Shown: positions 45,460-53,800 of the stretch, piece by piece
Position numbering within the stretch: position 1 is the stretch's first letter
Layout: every line of letters starts with the position of its first letter
Position numbers and translations under genes: made by a program
The notes under the pieces: generated by a model
The model's database searches: none
The model's input: the letters and a program-made list of their open reading frames with translations, nothing else
Told to the model about the DNA's origin: nothing
Assembly: GCA_022826565.1 (NCBI GenBank)
Contig: JAJDUP010000054.1
Span: 6,636 to 70,635 of the forward strand
DNA from: Gemmatimonadota bacterium
GTDB lineage: Bacteria; Gemmatimonadota; Gemmatimonadetes; Longimicrobiales; Gaopeijiaceae
DNA length: 64,000 bases
Reading direction: 5' to 3'

Positions 45460-47142
45460 ATGACCGCCGACTGCCGCACCACGACGACCGCCGCCCTGAT
45501 CGCCGCCGCGCTCCTCGCCGCCTGCACCGACGCCCCTCCCCCACCGGACCCCACCCCCTTCGACGTCCTCATCACCGACGCCCGCGTGGTCGACGGCACC
45601 GGCGCCCCATCCACCGGCGCCGACATCGGCCTCCGCGGCGACCGCATCGCCGCCGTCGGCGACCTCTCCGGCCGCCCGGCCACGCGCACCATCGACGCCG
45701 CCGGCCGCGTCGTGGCCCCCGGGTTCGTCGACATGATGGGCCAGGCCAGCCTCGTCCTCATCACCGACCCCCCGAGCGCCGAGAGCAAGCTGCGCCAGGG
45801 CATCACCACCTACCTCTCCGGCGAGGGCGGCTCGGCCGCGCCCCAGAGCGAGGCCACGCTCGCCAATCCGCCCGTGATCGACGGCGACACCCTGCGCTGG
45901 CGCCGCTACTCCGAGTACTTCGCGATCATGGAGCGCTACGGCATCCCCATCAACGTGGTCCACGACGTCGGCCTGACCCAGGTGCGGCGCGTGGTTCTCG
46001 GCAACGAGGACGTCGCCCCCACGCCCGAGCAACTCGAAGAAATGAAGGCACTTGTCAGGGAAGGGATGGAGGACGGCGCGGTCGGCGTGTCCACCTCCCT
46101 GATCTATCCGCCCGCGATCTACGCATCCACGGACGAGCTGGTCGCACTCAGCGCGGTGGCCGGCGAGTACGGCGGCATCTACTTCACGCACATGAGGAAC
46201 GAGAGCTACGCGGTCCTCGAAGCCATCCGCGAGGCCCTCACCATCGGCGAAGGGGCTGGCGTCCCCGTCCACATCTACCACCTGAAAGCGGCCGGCCAGC
46301 GCAACTGGCCCCTCATGGACGAGGCCCTCGCGCTCATCGACTCCGCCCGCACCGCCGGCATGGACGTCACGGCCGATATCTACCCCTACATCCGCAACGG
46401 CATCGGTCTGGGCTCGTTCCTGCACCCGCGCCACTACGCGCGCGGCACCGGCGCCTTCCTCGCCACCCTCGGCGACCCCGATCTGCGGGCCCGGCTGCGC
46501 GAAGAGGTCGAGACCGACTCCGAGTGGGAGAACTGGTACCAGCACGTGGGCATGGACTGGAACAACGTGCTGATCGTCTCGGCGCCGGGCACCGTCGACC
46601 CCGGGGTCGTGAACCGCTCCGTCGCCGAAGCGGCGGAGGTACTCGGGACCGACCCCTGGAACGCCTTCTTCGACCTCGTGCAGGCGGGCGGCGTCAGCGT
46701 CAACCCGCTCAGCATGAACGAGGAGCAGAAGTGGGCCGCCCTGCGCGCGCCGTACGTCATGATCGACACCGACGCCTCCCCCGTGAACCCGGCCTCCGTG
46801 TCGAGCACCCATCCCCGCGCCTTCGGTGCCTTCCCGCGCGTGATCGCCAAGTACGTGCGGGAGGACGGTGTGATCTCGCTGGAAGAGGCCGTGCGCCGGA
46901 TGACATCGCTCGCCGCAGAGCGTTTGGGGATGGAGGACCGCGGGGTCGTCGCGGCGGGGATGGCGGCTGATCTGGTGGTATTCGACCCGGCGCGCCTGCG
47001 GGATCGCGCCGACTTCGGCGCGGACGCGACCCTGCAATCGGAAGGCGTGGATTATCTCTTCGTCAACGGCACGCTCGTCATCGACGACGGGGAACTGACC
47101 AACGCCAGGCCGGGGAGGCTGCTGCGGCGCAGCCGGAACTGA
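45460..47142 (+). CDS. N-acyl-D-amino-acid deacylase (D-aminoacylase) family amidohydrolase, lipoprotein
   Basis: The start is taken at ATG 45460 (MTADCRTTTTAALIAAALLAAC lipobox); upstream track codons are antisense to the sigma gene. FDVLITDARVVDGTGAPSTGADIGLRGDRIAAVGDL...IDAAGRVVAPGFVDMMGQ is typical of the family. Confidence 0.8.
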   Translation: MTADCRTTTTAALIAAALLAACTDAPPPPDPTPFDVLITDARVVDGTGAPSTGADIGLRGDRIAAVGDLSGRPATRTIDAAGRVVAPGFVDMMGQASLVLITDPPSAESKLRQGITTYLSGEGGSAAPQSEATLANPPVIDGDTLRWRRYSEYFAIMERYGIPINVVHDVGLTQVRRVVLGNEDVAPTPEQLEEMKALVREGMEDGAVGVSTSLIYPPAIYASTDELVALSAVAGEYGGIYFTHMRNESYAVLEAIREALTIGEGAGVPVHIYHLKAAGQRNWPLMDEALALIDSARTAGMDVTADIYPYIRNGIGLGSFLHPRHYARGTGAFLATLGDPDLRARLREEVETDSEWENWYQHVGMDWNNVLIVSAPGTVDPGVVNRSVAEAAEVLGTDPWNAFFDLVQAGGVSVNPLSMNEEQKWAALRAPYVMIDTDASPVNPASVSSTHPRAFGAFPRVIAKYVREDGVISLEEAVRRMTSLAAERLGMEDRGVVAAGMAADLVVFDPARLRDRADFGADATLQSEGVDYLFVNGTLVIDDGELTNARPGRLLRRSRN

Positions 47143-47166
47143 TGCTTGGCTCGCCGGTGAGTGCTC

Positions 47167-47191
47167 GACGTTTCAGCTGAAACGTCTTTTT
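47167..47191 (+). terminator. intrinsic terminator downstream of the D-aminoacylase gene
   Basis: GACGTTTC agct GAAACGTC followed by TTTTT: perfect 8-bp stem, 4-nt loop, T5 tail, 25 nt after the stop codon. Confidence 0.75.
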
Positions 47192-47204
47192 GCCGGGAAG
47201 GCGC

Positions 47205-48950
47205 TTACGACGCCCCCACCGGATCCACCCGCACCGTCACGATATCCGTATCGTGGTACTTCTGGTGCCGCACCGACGTCGCGATGTGGCGCAGCAGGCG
47301 CAGCGAGAAGTCATGCTCCACGGGCACCTCCGTCACGCTGCCCCCGACGAAGGCCATGCGGTCTTCGATGTTGCCCTCACCCGCGGCGGCGAGGAATTCG
47401 AGCTCGGCCCCGCCCCCTTCGGCCCGGGCCGTCACCCGCAGGCGGCGCGTGCCCAGGGCATCGTCCTCCGCAATCTCGTCGAGGAGGACCAGCAGCGTCT
47501 CCTCGGCGGCGAGGCTCATGCGGTGGACCAGGTCGTCACCCAGACCCGAGCGCGCGCCGAACTCCTCCAGGAATGTCTGGATCTTCGGTTGCGCCCCGAC
47601 GTTCAGCTTGGTCTCCATGCGGCGGCGCCTGGGCCCGGTCAGCTCCATGAACGCCGACAGCAGGATCGCGATAAGCCCGCCCGAAGTCATTCCGTTCTCC
47701 AGCAGCTGCCCGGCCCAGCCGAAGTACTCCGACGGGATCTGGCCGCTCTGAAACCCCGCTCCGATCCAGAACGAGACGCCGATGATCGTGGCCTTGCGGT
47801 AGTCGATGCCGTCCTGGGTAACCATCTCCAGCCCCAGCACGAACAGTATCGCGATCAGCACGATGATGTAGGCGCCGACCACCGGATTGGGTATGGCGAG
47901 CAGCACCGCCGTCGCCTTGGGGAAGAAGGCGAGCGCGATGAAGGTCAGCCCGATGCAGACGCCCACCCGCCGGGCGGCGATCCCGGTGATCTCGACGATC
48001 GAGACGCTGTTCGAGTAGGTCGTGTTCGGGACGGTGGCGAGGAGGCCGGAGAGGAGGTTGCCCACCCCGTCGGCCGCCACCGCGCCCTGGACAGCACGGA
48101 AGTCGGTGGCCCGCCGCTTGCGCCATGACACCCGCTGGATCGCCATCCCGTCGCCGATCGTCTCGATGGCGCCGACGAGCGTGACGAAGATGAACGCGGG
48201 CAGCATCGCCCAGAACGCGGGACTCAGGCTCAGATCGAAGCCCGGCCAGCCGCCCGCCGGGACGCCGAACCACTGTGCGTCGCCCACGATGCCCATGTCG
48301 TAGATGCCGTACGCGGCCGCCACCAGACAGCCCCCGACGGCTCCGATGACCGACCCCCACAGCCGCAGGGCGCCCCTCGCCCGCAGCACGATCACGATGG
48401 TGATCACGATGGTCGCCAGGGCCGTGAGCGGAGCTGCCGCGGGGGCCGCACCCTCCGGCGCCTGGAAGAGGAGGTCGAAGCCGATGGGCATGACCGTGAC
48501 CGCGATCAGCATGATCACGGTGCCGGCCACCGTCGGCGTGATGATGCGCCTCAGCAGCGACAGGTGCGACGAGATCAGGAACTGGCAGAGCGACGAGGCC
48601 ACGATAAGGGTGGCCAGCAGCGCCGGGCCGCCCCGTTCGAGCGCCGCCACCGACACCGCGATGAAGACCCCCGACGTGCCCATGAGCAGGATGTACCCGG
48701 CCCCGATCCTGCCCGCGATCGGCCGCGCCTGGATCAGGGTCGAGATCCCGCAGACGATCAGGACGGCGAAGGCCGCCCATGTGAGGTAGCTCTCGCTGCC
48801 GCCGCCCGCGCGCACCACGATCGCCACCGTGATGACGATGCCCGCGATGTTCAGCAGTACGTACTGGAATGCGAGCCCGAACGATACGGGGTAGCTGGGC
48901 GACTCGTCGGCCTGGAAGCGGAGGCCCAGGCGCGTGTCGGGAGGGGTCAT
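47205..48950 (-). CDS. NCS2 (xanthine/uracil/vitamin C, SLC23-type) family permease with extra ~140-aa C-terminal cytoplasmic domain
   Basis: 581 aa. Multiple TM helices; family motifs AADGVGNLLSGLLATVPNTTYSNSVSIVEITGIAARR and AIPNPVVGAYIIVLIAILFVLG. Its ATG overlaps the aminotransferase stop (ATGA). Confidence 0.8.
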   Translation of the reverse strand: MTPPDTRLGLRFQADESPSYPVSFGLAFQYVLLNIAGIVITVAIVVRAGGGSESYLTWAAFAVLIVCGISTLIQARPIAGRIGAGYILLMGTSGVFIAVSVAALERGGPALLATLIVASSLCQFLISSHLSLLRRIITPTVAGTVIMLIAVTVMPIGFDLLFQAPEGAAPAAAPLTALATIVITIVIVLRARGALRLWGSVIGAVGGCLVAAAYGIYDMGIVGDAQWFGVPAGGWPGFDLSLSPAFWAMLPAFIFVTLVGAIETIGDGMAIQRVSWRKRRATDFRAVQGAVAADGVGNLLSGLLATVPNTTYSNSVSIVEITGIAARRVGVCIGLTFIALAFFPKATAVLLAIPNPVVGAYIIVLIAILFVLGLEMVTQDGIDYRKATIIGVSFWIGAGFQSGQIPSEYFGWAGQLLENGMTSGGLIAILLSAFMELTGPRRRRMETKLNVGAQPKIQTFLEEFGARSGLGDDLVHRMSLAAEETLLVLLDEIAEDDALGTRRLRVTARAEGGGAELEFLAAAGEGNIEDRMAFVGGSVTEVPVEHDFSLRLLRHIATSVRHQKYHDTDIVTVRVDPVGAS

Positions 48951-50317
48951 GGGTGGCGTCCGTACGGGGATCGGGATGGGCCGGCTGTGCTGCGGGCTCG
49001 CGGCGACGCGCTCTCGATGGCGGTCCCGTACCGCTCGAGGAACACCTCGAAAGCGGCGACCAGCCTGTCGCAGTCCTGGTCGTCGTGGGCAAGTGAGACC
49101 GACATGAAGCCGCGGCGCGCGATCCAGAACCCCGCGAGCAGCATCTCGAGGTGGAACAGATCGCGGGCGGCCTGCGGGGTCGCGGCGGTGTCGCCGTGGC
49201 AGCGCACGGGCGCCCGCTGAAAGTGCACCGTCATGATCGAACCGCGGCCCGTCACCAGGGCGGGCACATGCAGCCGCGCGGCGACGCCGTTCAGTGCATC
49301 GCGCAGGGCATCACCGCGGTCGTTCAACCGGCGGACGGTGGCGGGTGTCAGCACGTCTCGCAGTCCCGCGAGGCCAGCGGCCATCGTGAGCGCGTTGTTG
49401 TTGTGCGTGCCGGCATGGCTGAAATGATCCGGACGGCGCGGATCGAACCGGTCCATCAGCTCCGCGCGGCCGCCGAACGCGCCGAACGAGGCGCCGCCGC
49501 CGAGGTACTTGCCGAAGGTGGTCAGATCCGCATGGATGCCCAGCACTTCCTGGAGGCCGCCCGGCGCGAGGCGCGAGGTCTGCACTTCGTCGAAGATCAA
49601 CAGCGCGCCGCTGCGCTGCGTCGCGTCCCTGAGCGCGCCGAGGAACGCCCGCGTCCCGGGGATGCAACCGCCGCCCCCGAGCATGGGCTCGACCAGCACG
49701 CACGCGAGTCGGTCCGGCTGTTCCTCGATCATCGAGCGCGCCGCCTCCGCATCGTTGTATTGCCCGACGACCCACGGGAACGGAACATTGAGACGCCGAT
49801 CCGGCCCCGTGAATGTCAGTGGACCGCCATGGTACCCGCCGTCGAACACAAGCACCCCGCCGCGCCCGGTGACAGCGCGTGCGAGGCTGACCGCCATGAG
49901 GTTGGCCTCCGTCCCGGAGTTCGTGAACCGGACACGCTCGACGGAGGGAAAGCGCCCGCAGATCAGCTCCGCGAACCGCTGCTGGTTCGGCGTGGGCCCG
50001 CCGAGCGTGAGCCCGTCCTTCGCCGCCCCGGCGATCGCCGCCTGGATGGTCGGGTTGGAGTGCCCGTACAGGCCCGCCGTATGGTCATTCAGGAAATCGA
50101 CGTACTCGTGCCCGTCGAGATCGTACAGCCGGGCGCCCACGCCCCGGACGATCGTCACCGGGAAGGGCGCGTAATGGTTGACCGTGCGGGTGTCCGCGCC
50201 GGGAAGGAATCTCGTGGAACGCTCGAAGCTCGCTTCGCTCGCCGGATTGGCCGCCGCGTACCGGGTGGCCGCATCGGTGGCGAGCTCCTGCAGCGTTCGC
50301 GTCTGGACCGTTGTCAT
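48947..50317 (-). CDS. class-III (glutamate-1-semialdehyde aminomutase-like) PLP aminotransferase
   Basis: 456 aa. YDLDGHEYVDFLNDHTAGLYGHSNP, FTNSGTEANLMAV, LIFDEVQTSRLAPGG, PLP-lysine motif DLTTFGKYLGGG. Confidence 0.85.
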   Translation of the reverse strand: MTTVQTRTLQELATDAATRYAAANPASEASFERSTRFLPGADTRTVNHYAPFPVTIVRGVGARLYDLDGHEYVDFLNDHTAGLYGHSNPTIQAAIAGAAKDGLTLGGPTPNQQRFAELICGRFPSVERVRFTNSGTEANLMAVSLARAVTGRGGVLVFDGGYHGGPLTFTGPDRRLNVPFPWVVGQYNDAEAARSMIEEQPDRLACVLVEPMLGGGGCIPGTRAFLGALRDATQRSGALLIFDEVQTSRLAPGGLQEVLGIHADLTTFGKYLGGGASFGAFGGRAELMDRFDPRRPDHFSHAGTHNNNALTMAAGLAGLRDVLTPATVRRLNDRGDALRDALNGVAARLHVPALVTGRGSIMTVHFQRAPVRCHGDTAATPQAARDLFHLEMLLAGFWIARRGFMSVSLAHDDQDCDRLVAAFEVFLERYGTAIESASPRARSTAGPSRSPYGRHP

Positions 50318-50459
50318 GGGCGCACATCAATGAACGAGGGCGTGACGGGCGGCTTTGGGGAGACGGGGGATTATCGGTCCCATGCGGCGAGGATCGCAAG
50401 CCGGGAGCAGTTCCCGGGCCCCGGCATTCCTGCGACAGGTGCAATTGTGAAATATCTGC

Positions 50460-50488
50460 TTGACTTCGGTGAGGGGACCGCCTACCAT
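50460..50488 (+). promoter_or_regulatory. candidate sigma70-type promoter for the ACP gene
   Basis: TTGACT - 17 nt - TACCAT in the lower-GC divergent intergenic region, 60 nt upstream of ATG 50548. Confidence 0.3.
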
Positions 50489-50547
50489 TTGTGTCGTTGA
50501 CAAACAAGCGAGTTTTCCCGCACAACCAAAGACTGGAACCACAACCG

Positions 50548-50778
50548 ATGCATGGAACCGAGAGTCGTCTGAGAGCACTGATCGATGAACACCTGGCGCT
50601 CGATCATGAGCCGAGTCTGTCCGGAGGCTTCTCCGATTCGGGTATTTCCTCGATGGATGCAGTCGCATTCATGAGGATTGTGGAACGCGAGTTCAACGTG
50701 TCGATTCCGCCGGAGGACTGCGGGAAGATCGGGACATTTGGTGAGCTCGTCTCGCACCTCGACTCTCTGGCGGGCTGA
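50548..50778 (+). CDS. discrete acyl carrier protein
   Basis: 76 aa from ATG 50548 (the track ORF uses GTG 50491). FSDSGISSMDAVAFMRIVEREFNVSIPPEDCGKIGTFGELVSHL is colinear with ACP [32 protein letters not shown]; phosphopantetheine Ser lies in ISSMD. Confidence 0.75.
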   Translation: MHGTESRLRALIDEHLALDHEPSLSGGFSDSGISSMDAVAFMRIVEREFNVSIPPEDCGKIGTFGELVSHLDSLAG

Positions 50779-50824
50779 CGGCGCCAGTCTTTGACTCGTC
50801 CGGGCCGGGCGGCAGGTGTCCGGC

Positions 50825-53800
50825 TCACCGTAGTGGTTCGAACCAGTAGCGTTTGCGCTGGAACGGATAGCCGGGCACAGAGATCCGGCGTCGCGCTTCT
50901 CCCGCGAAAAGCCCGGCGAAGGAAACCGGGAGGCCTTCGGTGTACGCCTCCGCCACCCACTCTTCGAATGTGTCGGCTGCATGCTCCGTGCCGTTCGGCC
51001 AATCGTTGAGAGGTATGGGGCCTGACCCCGATCCGGGACTGATCTCGAGAACCAGATCGACATCGAGCGCCGCAAGCGCCTGGGCGGTGGGTCGGCGTGG
51101 GGCCTCCAACGGACGCAACTGCCCTTGCCAGTAGGCTGCATCGAGAATCTCCGTCGGGCTGCGCACTCGTCCAGTCCCCGGATTCACGATGGACAGCGAG
51201 GGTAACGAAAACTCGATCTCGGGGAACGGGGCTTCCACGCTATCCACACTTCGTGCGGCGGCCAGGCGAAGTCCGTCTTCCAGGCCAAACACCCCTGCGC
51301 TCCACGCCGCCGACAACGCGCTGATCCCGCGTCCCGACACCACCTGGGGCCGGATACCGACACTCGCCCAGAGCGCGGTAAGGGCGCACTCCAGCGCGAA
51401 GGCTGCCGGTTCCCGCCAGGCCGGATCGTCTTCGTCCGCGCTCGCACCGCTCTGGTCGAGCGTCACATCCAGCAGGGGAACGCCGCCAAGTTCGTCGCGC
51501 AGAACGCGGTCGCAGCGGTCAAGAACGGCCCGTACCACGGGCTCGGTCCGGTACAGATGCTTCGCCGTCTTCGCACGCGCGTTTCCTTCGCCCGCGTAGG
51601 AGAAGGCCACCTTCGGCGTCGCAGCGACCGCCCGTGCCGTCGCTGACGTGGCCGCCCTGTCCCCCGTTGAGATTGCATGCAACTGCTCGCGCAGCGAGTC
51701 GGCGTCACGAAATGCGAGAGCCGCCCGGTGCGTGAAGTGGTCGCGTCCTACGCTCGCCGTCCACGCCATGTCCGACAACAGGGAGTCCACAGAATCTCGC
51801 TCGGCCTGGAGATCGTGGCCGTGGGTGTCGAGCCAGGCGAGATACCGTCCCGCCAACTCGCGCAGCGCCTGGTCCGACTTGCCTGAAATCGGCAGGACGC
51901 GCGCGGTGCGTGGGTCGAAGGGGCCTGATGGAGGGGACAGTTTCGTCAGCGGCCCCGGCATTGCAATGTCGATGGTTCGTGGGGACCCGGCGGGTTGGCC
52001 CGAGTTGCCACTCGTTTGGGAGGGGTCATGGATCGGTCCGTAGCCCTCCACGACGACATGCGCGTTCGTGCCTGATATCCCGAATGCGCTCACGCCGGCA
52101 AGTGGCGTCCGATCCGCATGCCCTGGCCAGCGCGTTGCCTCCGACGTCACCTGCACCGGGAGCGCGTTCCAATCCACATGCTCGTTCGGGTTCCTGAAAT
52201 GGAGGTGCTTCGGGATCACGCCATGCTTCATTGACAGCATGATCTTGATCAGCCCCGCGATCCCCGCAGCCGACTCGAGGTGGCCGATGTTGGTCTTTAC
52301 GGAGCCGATCAGGAGTGGACGGTCCGCCTCGCGTCCCTCGCCGTAGACGGCGGCGGCCGCCTGCACCTCGATTGGATCCCCCAACGTGGATCCCCCTCCA
52401 TGGGCTTCCAGATAATCCACCTCTCCAGGCGCGACGCCCGCTCGATCGAGCGCGTCCCTGATCACGCGCTGCTGCGCTCGCCCGTTGGGGACCGTCGGTC
52501 CGGCGGTCGCCCCGTTCTGGTTCACCGCCGTGCCGCGAACCACTCCCCAGATCCGGTCACCGTCGGCCTCCGCTTCATGAAGCCGCTTGAGGACGATCAT
52601 CCCGCAACCCTCGCTCCGCACGGCCCCATCCGCCGAGGTGTCGAAGGTCTTGCACCGGCCCTCCGACGACAGCATCCCCAACTCGACCATTTCCCTGGTC
52701 AACCCGAGCGAAAAGACGGCATTCACGCCTCCGACCAGCGCCAGGTCCACTTCACCCTGGCGCAGGGCCGCTACGGCGTGGTGCACCGCGACCAGCGACG
52801 CCGCACAGTTGAGGACCACCGGCATCGTGGGCCCCATGATCCCCAGCTTGAAGGCGACCCCGCCGAGCGCCATGGAACTCGCGGTGCCGAGATAGTTGAG
52901 GTCCTGGCCGCCGGCCAGCATCATGAGGTCGCGGTACTCGCTGGTCGCGACGCCCGCGTAGACGCCCGTGCTGCTGCCCCTCAGCCTCTCCGGATCGATT
53001 CCCGCGTCCTCCAGCGCCCGCCAACTCGTTTCCAGGAGAAGCCGTTGCTGCGGATCCATCAGGCGCGTGCCGATCGGCGTCATGCCGAAGAAACGCGCGT
53101 CGAAACGGTCGATCCCTTCAACGAACCCACCCTGGCCCCAGGCGTTGGCCCCGGTCTCGGGGTCGCCCGCGATCCCGGCCCAGGCACCGCCATCCTGCCG
53201 CCCGTGCGTCACGGCATCGCGGCCGGCTTCGAGTTGTCTCCAGAACGTCTGCAGGTCCGGGGCGCCGGGGAATCGACAGGCCATGCCGACGATTGCGATC
53301 CCATCGTCCTTCCGAGTCAGCGCCGCTGGCGCGGTCGGCTCGGCCGTTGGCTCGGGGGCGGGCGTCGGCTCGGGGATGGGTGCCGAATCAGCGACGGATT
53401 CCGCGTCGCCGAGCGCGTCCACCAGATGACCGGCGAGATCGGTGATGGTCGGGTAGTCGAATACCAGCGTATTCGGCGCCGCGTACGTTTCGGAGAAAGC
53501 CCGGTTGAGACGGTTTCGCAGTTCGACCGCCATCAGGGAGTCCATCCCCAGGTCGAAGAATCCAACCGCGGGCGCCGGCGCCGAGGGTAGTCTCAGGACC
53601 GCCTGGACCTCTCCTTGCAAGAAGGACACAAGCCGACTCTCGCGCTCTGCCGGCAGTGTCGCAGCGAGCAATGCAAGCAGGTCGTCCGACGAGGACGCGC
53701 CGTCGTCATCCGCATCTACGATGAGCAGCTCCTCCAGCAGGGGTGGACGGTCTTCGAGGGACTCACCGAGAACCGGCCAGTCCACCGCCGCCACCACGGC

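Noticed and set aside
44524-47037. 837-aa reverse-strand ORF, plus the 617-aa alternative + frame at 45117-46970
   Set aside because: They are antisense to or out of frame with the D-aminoacylase gene and overlap the sigma/FecR genes. They are Arg/Gly/Pro-rich with no domain signatures.
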